From Gaiellaceae bacterium (GTDB lineage Bacteria > Actinomycetota > Thermoleophilia > Gaiellales > Gaiellaceae), in contig DATIBA010000194.1 in assembly GCA_035457765.1 (NCBI GenBank), positions 1-42,311 on the forward strand: 42,311 nucleotides of DNA. The letters are read 5' to 3'. This document shows, one piece after another, positions 22,803-32,800 of the stretch. Below the pieces are notes generated by a model, which was not told the DNA's origin, ran no database searches, and worked only from the letters and a program-made list of their open reading frames with translations. The first letter of the stretch is position 1. Each line of letters opens with the position of its first letter. The position numbers were made by a program, and so were the translations under genes.

Positions 22803-24359
22803 GTGCCGGGCGGCGAACCTTTCGCCCATGCTCGCTCGGGACGCGGCCGAAAGGGCCGTAGAGAGAATCGAGGAGTGGTGGTAGCGTCACCACCGGTCGT
22901 GGAGAGCTCAAGCCGTCTCGGCCTTCTTCGCCGCTCACCGTCGTTCGCATACCTCTTCCTCGCGACCGCGGGGTCGAGCATCGGCACGTATCTCGCTGCC
23001 GTCGCGCTCACGGTCGACGTCTACGATCGCACCGAGGAAACCGGCCGTGCGGGCGTCTGGGTGGCCGCCTTGCTCATCGCCGACTTCCTCCCGATCGTGC
23101 TGATCGGGCTGCTCCTCGGGCCGCTCGTCGATCGCCTCTCCCGCCGCTGGCTTATGATCGTGTCCGATCTCGTCCGCTTCGGCGTGTTCGCGGCGCTTCC
23201 GTTCGTGGACAGCGCGGAAGCAGTCATCGGCCTGGCGGCGATCTCGGGGATCGCGACGGGCTTCTTCGTACCGGCCGGGGTGGCGGGTCTTCCGAACCTC
23301 GTTCCGGACGACGAGCTCACGAATGCGAACTCCCTCATCGTGACCATCGAGACCCTCGCCGCGATGATCGGCCCCGTCCTCGGCGGGGTCATGCTCGCGC
23401 TCTGGGGGACATCCGTTCCGTATGCGGTGAACGCGATCACGTTCCTCGTGTCGGCGGCCCTCATCGCCCGCATCCCCCGGTACAAGCTCCAGTCGGACGA
23501 GTCCCTGTCTCGCGGGCACTGGCGAGACGTCGCCGACGGGCTCCGGCTCGTCGTCACCGCGCGCCCGCTGCGGACGGTGCTCGTCGTCTGGAACGTCGTC
23601 ATCCTCGGGGCGGCGGCGGTGAACGTCGCCGAGGTCGTCTTCGCGAAGGAGACGCTCGACGCGGGAAACCTCGGTTTCGGTGCTCTCGTCGCCGCGAGCG
23701 GCGTCGGTCTCCTCCTCGGAAGCTTCCTCGCGCCGAACGCGCTCCGGACGGCCGGGCTGCGGCGCGCCTACGTCAGCTCGATCGTCCTCATGGGAGTCGG
23801 CTGGGGCGCCGCGGCGCTGAGCCCTTCGATCGAGCTCGCGGTCCTGTTCGTGATCGGAGGCGCGGCAGGCAACGGAGCGGCCGTCGTGTGCAACCGGCTC
23901 CTCGTGCAGCGCGGAGCTCCCGACCAGTACCGGGGGAGAGCGCTCGTGACGATCATGAGCTCGAACTACGCGGTCCTCGGGGTCGGTATGGCCGCCGCCG
24001 GTGTGCTCACGGACGTGTACGGCGCTCGCAAGGTATGGATCGCCGCCGGGTGCATCTACCTCACGGGCGCATTCGTCGCCCTCGTGATGACGCGGTGGCT
24101 GCCCGTTTCGCAGGCGGAGGAGTGGGAGGCGGTCGGGGTGAGCTCCGAGTCGGCCGTGGCTGCCCTCGGATACGGTTACACGAACGCCCTGGACTCGGGG
24201 CCCGAGCCCGAACCCTCCCTGCTGTCCGAGCCAGAGCCGGCGCCGTTGCCGGCCGCGAACGGGAGTCGGTCGAGCGGCCTCGAGCGAATTGCGACGCTGC
24301 TCGAGGAGATCGAGGCGCGCCGGATGCGAGAAGCGCTGCGCAAGTCCGGAATGCGCTGA
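22803..24359 (+). CDS. MFS transporter (DHA3/EntS-like, MFS_3-type)
   Basis: About 12 hydrophobic segments, typical MFS loop (GPLVDRLSRRW), and a hydrophilic C-terminal tail. The start is uncertain: GTG 22803 is the longest, and GTG 22875/22878 are plausible. Confidence 0.85.
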   Translation: MPGGEPFAHARSGRGRKGRRENRGVVVASPPVVESSSRLGLLRRSPSFAYLFLATAGSSIGTYLAAVALTVDVYDRTEETGRAGVWVAALLIADFLPIVLIGLLLGPLVDRLSRRWLMIVSDLVRFGVFAALPFVDSAEAVIGLAAISGIATGFFVPAGVAGLPNLVPDDELTNANSLIVTIETLAAMIGPVLGGVMLALWGTSVPYAVNAITFLVSAALIARIPRYKLQSDESLSRGHWRDVADGLRLVVTARPLRTVLVVWNVVILGAAAVNVAEVVFAKETLDAGNLGFGALVAASGVGLLLGSFLAPNALRTAGLRRAYVSSIVLMGVGWGAAALSPSIELAVLFVIGGAAGNGAAVVCNRLLVQRGAPDQYRGRALVTIMSSNYAVLGVGMAAAGVLTDVYGARKVWIAAGCIYLTGAFVALVMTRWLPVSQAEEWEAVGVSSESAVAALGYGYTNALDSGPEPEPSLLSEPEPAPLPAANGSRSSGLERIATLLEEIEARRMREALRKSGMR

Positions 24360-24391
24360 CTCCACTCCCGCACGCCGCATAGAGTCCGGCC

Positions 24392-25378
24392 GTGGCCCGC
24401 AAGGAGTGGACGCTGGCTGAGCTCGTCGAAGGCGTGCGCGCTTCCGACCGCCGGGCGCTCGCCCGCTCGATCTCGCTCGTGGAGGACGGGGACCCGCTGG
24501 CCTTTGAGCTCGTCCGGGAGCTCTATCCGGACACGGGAGGGGCAGCCGTCATCGGCGTCACCGGACCGCCGGGAGTCGGCAAGTCGAGCCTCATCGCGGC
24601 GCTCGTCTCGCACGTGCGTGAGGCGGGTACGACGGTCGGTGTCGTCTCGGTCGATCCCTCGAGCCCGTTCTCCCATGGGGCGCTGCTCGGAGACCGGATT
24701 CGGCTCTCCGACCACTTCCTCGATCCCGGGGTCTACATTCGCTCGATGGGGACGCGAGGACACCTCGGCGGGCTCGCGGAGGCGACGCTTCAGGCGGTTC
24801 TCCTGCTCGATGCGTCGGGGAAGGACGTCGTCTTCGTCGAGACGGTCGGTGCGGGACAGAGCGAGGTCGAGGTCACCGGGATCGTCGACACCGTGCTTCT
24901 CGTCCTCATGCCGGGCTCCGGCGATTCCGTCCAGGCGCTCAAGGCCGGGATCATGGAGATTCCCGACGTGATCGCGATCAACAAGATGGATCACGCTGCC
25001 GCGAGGACGATGCTCAACGAGGTGCGCTCGATCGTCGGGCTCGCGGAGCCCGACCGTCGTCCCGCGATCCTGTTGACGGAAGCGCTGCGCGGAGAGAACG
25101 TGCCCGAGCTCTGGGTCGCGCTCGAAGAGCGCCGCGAGGCGCTCTCGAGCGACGGACGCCTCGAGGCGCGTCGCCGCCGCAACCTCGCCGCCGAGGTGTT
25201 CGCGGTCGCGTCGAACAGGGCGAAGAGCCATTTGCAGGCTGCGGTCGCGGGGGACCCGGAGCTCCGCCGCCTTCTCGATGCCGTCGAGCAGCGCCGGCTC
25301 GATCCCCTGAGCGCGGTTCGGGAGATCATGGAGGACGTGTTCCACGTGGGCTCGGATCCCGCGGGTCCGACCCCATGA
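24392..25378 (+). CDS. meaB: Methylmalonyl-CoA mutase-associated G-protein chaperone (MeaB/ArgK family GTPase)
   Basis: P-loop GVTGPPGVGKSSLI, switch VETVGAGQSEV, NKxD as AINKMD. The length (328 aa) and C-terminal dimerisation helix are typical of the family. Confidence 0.9.
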   Translation: MARKEWTLAELVEGVRASDRRALARSISLVEDGDPLAFELVRELYPDTGGAAVIGVTGPPGVGKSSLIAALVSHVREAGTTVGVVSVDPSSPFSHGALLGDRIRLSDHFLDPGVYIRSMGTRGHLGGLAEATLQAVLLLDASGKDVVFVETVGAGQSEVEVTGIVDTVLLVLMPGSGDSVQALKAGIMEIPDVIAINKMDHAAARTMLNEVRSIVGLAEPDRRPAILLTEALRGENVPELWVALEERREALSSDGRLEARRRRNLAAEVFAVASNRAKSHLQAAVAGDPELRRLLDAVEQRRLDPLSAVREIMEDVFHVGSDPAGPTP

Positions 25379-26544
25379 CGCCCACGCCGACGATCGCCGA
25401 CATCGAGGCAGCGCGCGAGCGTCTCGCGGGTGTCGCACGCGAGACTCCGGTCTATCCGACCGAGACGTTCTCGCGGCTCGCCGGTCGGCAGGTCTTCCTG
25501 AAGGCCGAGAATCTCCAACGGACCGGTTCGTTCAAGATCCGCGGCGCGTACAACACGATCGCGACGCTCGGCGACAGGGAACGCCGAGCCGGTGTTGTTG
25601 CCGCGAGCGCTGGCAACCACGGGCAGGCGGTCGCCTGGGCGGCGCGGGAGGCCGGCATACCCGCGACGATCTTCATGCCGCAGGACGCGCCCATGGCGAA
25701 GGTCGAGGCGACGCGCTCCTACGGCGGGACGACCGAGCTGACGGGCGAGGGCTTCGAGGAGGCGGTCGCCGCCGCTGCCGCGTACGTCGAGAGCACGGGA
25801 GCGACGCTCGTGCACGCCTTCGAGGACGAGCGCGTGATCGCCGGTCAGGGGACGATCGGGCTCGAGCTCGCCGAGCAGGCACCCGACGCGGAGACGGTGC
25901 TGATCCCGATCGGCGGTGGCGGGCTCGCCGCCGGGATCGCGACTGCACTGAAGGAGCGACGTCCCACGGCACGCGTCGTCGGTGTCCTCTGTCAGCCGGG
26001 GTACACGATCGCGGACGGGATCGCGGTGAAGTACCGCGGCGAGCTGGCGTCCTCGATCCTCGAGCGCGTTCTCGACGACACCGTGTCCGTCTCGGACGAC
26101 GAGATCTCGGAGGCGCTCGTGCTCTGCGTCGAGCGGACGAAGTTTCTCGTGGAGGGTGCGGGCGCGGTGGGCCTCGCCGCGCTGCTCGCGGGCCGCGTGC
26201 CGGGAACCGGCTCGGTCGCCGTCGTCCTCTCCGGCGGGAACATCGACGCGACGACGTTGATCTCGGTCCTCCGGCACGGCCTCACGCGCGCAGGTCGCTT
26301 CCTCGCCGTCCGTCTGCTGATCCCCGACCGGCCGGGAGAGCTTCGGAACGTCCTCGACCTCGTCGCGCGCGCGCGTGGCAACGTCGTCTCCGTCGATCAC
26401 CACCGCGAAGGGCGGACGACGAGCGCGCTCCAGACCGAGATCGAGCTCGTCGTCTCGACGCGGGACGAGCACCACTGCCAGGAGCTTGTCACCGCACTGC
26501 GCGAGGCCGGGCACACGATCGAACGGGTCGGCCCACCGGCGTAG
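25375..26544 (+). CDS. ilvA: Threonine ammonia-lyase (threonine dehydratase), short form with one ACT-like regulatory domain
   Basis: PLP-lysine motif FLKAENLQRTGSFKIRGAYN, glycine loop SAGNHGQAVA, and a C-terminal ACT-like segment (LAVRLLIPDRPGEL...). The start ATG overlaps the meaB stop (ATGA at 25375-25378). Confidence 0.9.
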   Translation: MTPTPTIADIEAARERLAGVARETPVYPTETFSRLAGRQVFLKAENLQRTGSFKIRGAYNTIATLGDRERRAGVVAASAGNHGQAVAWAAREAGIPATIFMPQDAPMAKVEATRSYGGTTELTGEGFEEAVAAAAAYVESTGATLVHAFEDERVIAGQGTIGLELAEQAPDAETVLIPIGGGGLAAGIATALKERRPTARVVGVLCQPGYTIADGIAVKYRGELASSILERVLDDTVSVSDDEISEALVLCVERTKFLVEGAGAVGLAALLAGRVPGTGSVAVVLSGGNIDATTLISVLRHGLTRAGRFLAVRLLIPDRPGELRNVLDLVARARGNVVSVDHHREGRTTSALQTEIELVVSTRDEHHCQELVTALREAGHTIERVGPPA

Positions 26545-26554
26545 ACTCGCCGGG

Positions 26555-29500
26555 ATGCAGACCTGCACATCCTGCGGCTTCGAGAACGCCGAGAGCGCGA
26601 AGTTCTGTTCCGAGTGTGGAACCGCACTCACGACACCGACCGCGCGCCGGGAGGAACGAAAGGTCGTCACCGTCGTGTTCGCCGATCTGGTCGGCTCGAC
26701 GGCACGCGCCGAGCGGCTCGACCCCGAGGACGTCCGCGCAATCCTCGCTCCGTACCACGAGCGGCTGCGCGACGAGCTCGAGCGGCGCGGAGGGACGGTC
26801 GAGAAGTTCATCGGCGACGCGGTCGTCGGGGTCTTCGGAGCGCCGGTGGCGCACGAAGACGATCAGGAGCGGGCCGTGCGAGCAGCGCTTGCGATTCAGG
26901 AGGCGATCGCCGAGCTGAACGACGCCGACCCGCGGCTCGAGCTCGAGGTACGGATCGGCGTCCATACGGGCGAGGCGCTCGTGAACGTGGGCGCCCGCCC
27001 CGAGCTGGGCGAGGCGATGGTCGCGGGCGACGTGGTGAACACGGGATCCCGTTTGCAGGCGGCGGCGCCGCCGGGCGGCATACTCGTCGGTGAGCAGACG
27101 TTCTGGGCGACCGAGCGCGTGATCGAGTACCGCGAGGTGGAGCCGGTCACAGCGAAGGGGAAAGCCGAGCCGATCCCGGCCTGGCAGGCGATCCAGGCGA
27201 GATCGCGGTACGGCATCGACCTCGCACGTCCCGGAGGCGCGAAGCTCATCGGTCGCGAGCGCGAGCTCGACGTGCTCGCGGACGCTCTCGCCCGCGCCCG
27301 CGCCGACCGCACGCCGGAGCTCGTGACCCTCGTGGGCGTGCCGGGAATCGGCAAGTCGCGGCTCGTCTGGGAGCTGTTCGGGCTCATCGAGCAGATTCCG
27401 GACCTCATCTATTGGCGCCAAGGCCGCTGCCTCCCCTACGGCGACGGCATCACCTTCTGGGCGCTCGGTGAGATGGCGAAGGCCCACACCGGAGTTCTCG
27501 AGTCCGACTCGAGCGCTGAGGCGGAGGAGAAGCTGCACCGCACGACCGCCGATCTGCTGCCGGACGAGCGCGAGTCTCATTGGGTGGAGGGACACCTGAG
27601 GCCGCTCGTGGGGCTCGCCACGCAGGGTGAGGGGAGTGACGAGAACCGTTACGAGGCGTTCGCCGCCTGGCGTCGGTTTTTCGAGGCCATTGCCGAAGAG
27701 CGGCCGCTGATCCTCGTCTTCGAGGACATGCAGTGGGCGGACGACGGCTTGCTCGACTTCGTCGACAGTCTTTCCGAGCGCGTATCGGGCGTGCCGCTGC
27801 TCGTCCTCTGCTCCACCCGGCCGGAACTGCTCGAACGGCGTCCCGGCTGGGGTGGAGGAAAGCGGAATGCCGTCACCGTCTCACTCGAGCCGCTCTCAGA
27901 CGACGAGACGGCGCGTCTGATCGCGGCGCTCCTCGACCGTCCCGTGCTACCGGCGGAGACGCAAACCGCCCTCGTCCAGCGCGCCGGCGGGAATCCCCTA
28001 TACGCCGAGGAGTACGTGCGCATGCTCGGCGACCGGGGCGAAGGGGACCTCCCACTTCCGGAAACGGTGCAGGGCATCGTCGCGGCCCGGCTCGACCTCC
28101 TTGGAGACGCGGAAAAGGCCCTCCTCCAACACGCGGCCGTCCTCGGCAAAGTCTTCTGGACGGACGCGCTCGTCTCGCTCGCGATCCTCGAGCGTCGGGA
28201 GCTCGAGGATCGGCTCCACGCGCTCGAGCGGAAGGAATTCATCTCCCGCGAGCGGCGGTCGGCAGTTGCCGGCGAAGCGCAATACGCCTTCCGTCACGTA
28301 CTCGTACGCGATGTCGCCTACGGCCAGATGCCCCGAGCCGCGCGCGCGGACGGCCACCGGCACGCGGCCGAGTGGATCGAGTCGCTTCCTCCCGACCGCT
28401 CGGAGGACCGGTCAGAGATGCTTGCGCACCACTACCTGGCCGCGCTCGAGTACTCGAGGAGCGCCGGTCGGCAGCCGGGAGATCTCGTCGCCCGCGCGAG
28501 TGTGGCATTGCAGGAGGCAGGCGATCGAGCGATCGCACTCAACGCTTTCGCCGCCGCCGTCCGCTACTACTCATCTGCCTCCGAGCTCGGCGAGCTCGAC
28601 GCGAGGCGCCTCCTCGCCTTCGGCAGGGCGCTCGGGCTCAGCGAGTCTCGAGGCGACGACGTGCTCGCGTCCGCGGCGGAGGCCGCACTGGCGAACGAGG
28701 ACATGGAGACCGCCGCCGAGGCGGAGATGCTCAGAGGGGAGCTCCGAATTCTCCAGGGCGAGCGCGACGACGCGCTCGCCCACATCGATCGGGCGGCCGA
28801 GCTGGTGGCGGACGCGCCGCTCTCCGCGTCCAAGGCGTTCGTCACGAGCAACATCTCCCGTTTCCTGATGCTCGCGGGGCGAAACGAGGAGGCGATCCGG
28901 ATCGGTGGCGACGCCCTGGCAATGGCCGAGGAGCTCGGCCTGGACGAGCTGCGCGCGCATGCCCTCAACAACATCGGCGCCGCAAAGGCGGCCAAGGGCG
29001 ACCTCTCGGGGCTCGACGATCTGCGCCGGAGCATCGACATCGCTTCCGAGCTGAACTCGCCCGAGGCGCGGAGAGGTCTCAACAACCTCGCAACGAACCT
29101 CAGGACGCTCGGTGACCTCACTGCCGCCGAGCCGCTCTTTCACGAGGCGCTTTCGGTCGCTGAGCGGTTCGGCATCGTCACCGACGTCTTGTGGTGCCGA
29201 GTAGAACTCGCGTCGATTGCCGCTCAGACCGGCCGCTGGGACGAGGCGGCCGCGGCGGTCGACGCGGCCATCGCGGAGTTCGCACAGCGTGCTCCGCACT
29301 ACATGGAGGGCCCGTGTCGCTACGACCGCGCCCGGATCCGTCTGGGCCGTGGAGACATCGAAGGGGCCGTCGATGACGCTCTCACAAGCGTCGAGCTCGC
29401 GGAACGCGTCAGGGATCCACAGGTCCTCTACTGGGCACGCGCGGGCGCGGCGCGAATCTTCCACGCTGCGGGTCGGACGCCCGAGGCGGAGGTTCAGGTG

Positions 29501-29887
29501 AACAGGCTGCTGGCGGACGTCAACACTGAACAAGTGCAGCAGCCGGCTCACTTCTGGGTGCTCGACCTCGCCGTCGCCATGGCTGCCGCCGGGCGCGGTG
29601 TCGAGTTCGTCGAGCGGCTGCCGACGCTCGGACCGCCGACTCGGTGGGCCGAGGCCGCGGAGCTCTGGGCGCGCGACGCGTTCGAGCGCGCAGCTGACCT
29701 TCTGGAGGAGATCGGTGCCCGGCCCGACGAGGCGCTTGCGCGTCTCCGCGCTGCCGAAACGCTCGTGGCCGCCGGTCGCCGCACGGAGGCCGACGAGCAG
29801 CTCGGCCGCGCGCTGGGGTTCTTCCGCTCGGTCGGCGCGACTCGCTACATCCGTGAGGGCGAGAGGCTGCTCGCCGCATCCGCATGA
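26555..29887 (+). CDS. Zinc-ribbon / class III adenylate-guanylate cyclase / STAND (AAA_16) NTPase / TPR-repeat protein, paralog 1; no HTH
   Basis: 1110 aa from ATG 26555, 10 nt after ilvA. N-terminal CxxC-x10-CxxC (CTSCGFENAESAKFCSECG). Cyclase motifs VVFADLVGST (metal Asp ~44), EKFIGDAV (Asp ~88), GDVVNTGSRL (Asn/Arg). Walker A GVPGIGKSRL, Walker B LILVFEDMQWAD. About 550 aa of TPR-like repeats. Ends ...LGFFRSVGATRYIREGERLLAASA*. Confidence 0.9.
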   Translation: MQTCTSCGFENAESAKFCSECGTALTTPTARREERKVVTVVFADLVGSTARAERLDPEDVRAILAPYHERLRDELERRGGTVEKFIGDAVVGVFGAPVAHEDDQERAVRAALAIQEAIAELNDADPRLELEVRIGVHTGEALVNVGARPELGEAMVAGDVVNTGSRLQAAAPPGGILVGEQTFWATERVIEYREVEPVTAKGKAEPIPAWQAIQARSRYGIDLARPGGAKLIGRERELDVLADALARARADRTPELVTLVGVPGIGKSRLVWELFGLIEQIPDLIYWRQGRCLPYGDGITFWALGEMAKAHTGVLESDSSAEAEEKLHRTTADLLPDERESHWVEGHLRPLVGLATQGEGSDENRYEAFAAWRRFFEAIAEERPLILVFEDMQWADDGLLDFVDSLSERVSGVPLLVLCSTRPELLERRPGWGGGKRNAVTVSLEPLSDDETARLIAALLDRPVLPAETQTALVQRAGGNPLYAEEYVRMLGDRGEGDLPLPETVQGIVAARLDLLGDAEKALLQHAAVLGKVFWTDALVSLAILERRELEDRLHALERKEFISRERRSAVAGEAQYAFRHVLVRDVAYGQMPRAARADGHRHAAEWIESLPPDRSEDRSEMLAHHYLAALEYSRSAGRQPGDLVARASVALQEAGDRAIALNAFAAAVRYYSSASELGELDARRLLAFGRALGLSESRGDDVLASAAEAALANEDMETAAEAEMLRGELRILQGERDDALAHIDRAAELVADAPLSASKAFVTSNISRFLMLAGRNEEAIRIGGDALAMAEELGLDELRAHALNNIGAAKAAKGDLSGLDDLRRSIDIASELNSPEARRGLNNLATNLRTLGDLTAAEPLFHEALSVAERFGIVTDVLWCRVELASIAAQTGRWDEAAAAVDAAIAEFAQRAPHYMEGPCRYDRARIRLGRGDIEGAVDDALTSVELAERVRDPQVLYWARAGAARIFHAAGRTPEAEVQVNRLLADVNTEQVQQPAHFWVLDLAVAMAAAGRGVEFVERLPTLGPPTRWAEAAELWARDAFERAADLLEEIGARPDEALARLRAAETLVAAGRRTEADEQLGRALGFFRSVGATRYIREGERLLAASA

Positions 29888-32800
29888 CGCTCGTCTGCCC
29901 TTTCTGTGGGCGCGAGAACCCTGACGACGCCCGCTTTTGCGGTGGGTGCGCGACGCCCCTTACCGTCGAGCACACTGCCCGCCGCGAGGAGCGGAAAGTC
30001 GTCACCGTCGTCTTCGCCGACCTCGTCGGCTCCACCGCGCGTGCGGAGCGGCTCGATCCCGAGGACGTCCGCGCGATTCTCGCCCCCTACCACGAACGGC
30101 TTCGTCACGAGCTCGAGCGGCACGGAGGAACGGTCGAGAAGTTCATCGGAGACGCGGTCGTCGGCGCCTTCGGTGCGCCGGTTGCGCACGAGGACGATCC
30201 CGAGCGGGCCGTCAGGGCGGCGCTCACGATCCAGGACGCGATCGCGGAGCTCAACGATGCGGATCCGCGGCTCGAGCTGGAGGTGCGAGTGGGCGTGCAC
30301 TCGGGCGAAGCGCTCGTTTCGATCGGCGCACGGCCCGAGCTGGGCGAGGCGATGGTCGCCGGCGACGTGATGAACACGGCCGCTCGTCTCCAGTCGGCCG
30401 CGCCGCCCGGAGGAATCCTCGTCGGTGAGGCCACGTACCGAGCCACCGACCGCGCGATCGAGTACGCCGATCACGACCCCGTGACTGCCAAGGGAAAGTC
30501 GGGGCCGCTTCGCGCGTGGCTTGCTGTGGCGCGACGTTCGAGGTACGGCATCGACCTCGGCGAAGGGCTTCGCGCGCCGCTCGTGGGACGCACCGAGGAG
30601 CTCGATGTGCTCTCGAGCGCACTGTCGCGCGTGCAAGCGCGGCGCGAAGCGCAGCTCGTGACCCTGGTTGGCGTGCCGGGCATCGGGAAGTCGAGACTCG
30701 TCCAGGAGCTCTTTCAGGTCGTCGAGCAGACGCCGGAGCTGATCAACTGGCGTCAGGGACGCTCGCTTCCGTACGGCGAGGGAGTCGCGCTCTGGGCGCT
30801 CGGCGAGATTGTGAAGGGGCAAGCGGGGATCCTCGAGTCGGATCGCTCGGACGAAGCCTCGGTCAAGCTCTCCGCGGCGGTGCACGACCTCGTCTCCGAT
30901 GACGTCGAGGCTCGCTGGATCGAGCGGCATCTCCGGCCTCTTGCCGGAATTCGTGACAGCCCCTCGGTGGGGGAAGCGAGCCTCGAGGAGGCGTTCACGG
31001 CCTGGCGTCGCTTTCTCGAGTCGATGGCCGAGTCGCGACCGACGGTCCTCGTCTTCGAGGACCTCCACTGGGCAGACGATGCCCTCCTCGACTTCGTCGA
31101 CTCCTTGGCCGACCGGGTGGTCGACGTACCGCTTCTCGTCGTGTGCTCGGCGAGACCCGAGCTGCTCGAGCGTCGGCCGGGATGGGGAGGAGGGAAGCGC
31201 AACGCGACCACGCTCTCCATTGCACCGCTCTCCGACGAGGAGACGGCGCGCCTCCTGGGCGAGCTCCTCGACCGCGCCGTGCTCCCAGCGGAGCAGCAGC
31301 TCGAGCTCCTCCAGCGTGCCGGTGGCGTGCCGCTCTTCGCCGAGGAGTACGTCCGCATGCAACACGACGGGGGCACCGGGGACGTGCCGGAGACGCTGCA
31401 CGGCATCGTCGCCGCGCGTATCGACGGCCTCCCGCGGACGGAGAAGGCGCTCCTTCAGGCCGCCGCGGTCCTCGGCAAGGTCTTCTGGACCGACGCGCTC
31501 GCCGCACTCGCGGACACCGGGCGAGAGGGCCCTGACGAGATGCTCTTCGCGCTCGAGCGAAAGGAGTTCGTGAGGAGGGAACGACGCTCCACCGTCGCAG
31601 GAGCGCGACAATTGGCATTCGTCCACGCGCTCGTGCGCGATGCCGCATATGGGCAGGTGCCGCGGGCCGAGCGGGCTCGGCTGCACCGACGGGCCGCCGA
31701 GTGGATCGAGACGCTCGCTCCGGACCGCTCCGAAGACCGCGCGGAGATGCTCGCGCACCACTACGTCGCCGCGCTCGAATACGCGCGCAGTGCCGGCATC
31801 GACGTGGAGGAACTGGGCGTCCACGCGGCCAAGGCGCTCAGGGAAGCGGGCGACCGTGCGTACGCGCTCAACGCCTACGTCGCCGCAGCGCGCTACTACG
31901 GATCGGCGCGCGAGCTGGGACCGCTCGATCCGAAAAGTCTGCTCGCATACGGCAGGGCGCTCTCGAGCAGCGAGAGAGGCGGCGACGACGTATTCGCGGC
32001 GGCGGCCAAAGCGGCGTTGGCAGTCGACGACGTCGAGACGGCGGCCGAGGCCGAGATGGAGCGCGGCATCCTGCGCTTCCTCCAGGGGGACCGCGACGCA
32101 GCGGGGTCCCACTTCGACGAGGCTTCCTCGCTCGTTGCAGCCGTCGGGCCGTCATGGGCCAAGGCGTTCGTGACGAGCAGCATCTCCCGCTTCCTCATGC
32201 TGGCCGGCCGTAGCGACGAGGCCATCGAGGTCGGCTCGGAAGCGCTCGCGATGGCGGAGGAGCTGGGGCTCGAGGGCATCCGAGCTCACGCGCTGAACAA
32301 CATCGGTACGGCCAGGGCGAACGCCGGAGATCGCTCGGGGCTCGACGACCTCCGGACGAGCATCGACATCTCCCTCGAGCACAACCTGCCCGAGGCGCGA
32401 CGAGGGCTGAACAATCTTGCCTCTCTCGTGTTCTCGTTCGGAGACATACGTCGGGCCGAAGCGCTCAGCCGCGAAAGCGCGGAGGTCTCGGAGCGGTTCG
32501 GGATCATCGCGGCGGCCTACTGGGATCGAGCGGAGCTTGCGTTCTGCGCCTACTACGCAGGGCGCTGGGACGACGCGATGCGAGAGCTCAACTCCCTGAT
32601 CGAACAGTCCGAGGAGGAGACGCGACACTACATGGAGGCGTCGTGCCGCGATTTCCGCTCGAGGATGAGCCTCGCGCGCGGTGACGTGGGAGGTGCCGTC
32701 GATGACGTGACGGTGATGCTCGAGCTCGCCGCCGGCATCAAGGATCCTCAGGTGCTCCACCCCGCTCGGGCCGCCGCCGCGAACGTCTTCCTCGATGCGG

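Noticed and set aside
26640-30420. Possibility that the near-identical cyclase domains of the two paralogs reflect very recent duplication or gene conversion (a long DNA repeat).
   Set aside because: The DNA of the two cyclase regions differs at many synonymous sites despite about 90 percent protein identity by hand count. There is no long exact nucleotide repeat, so conservation is at the protein level.
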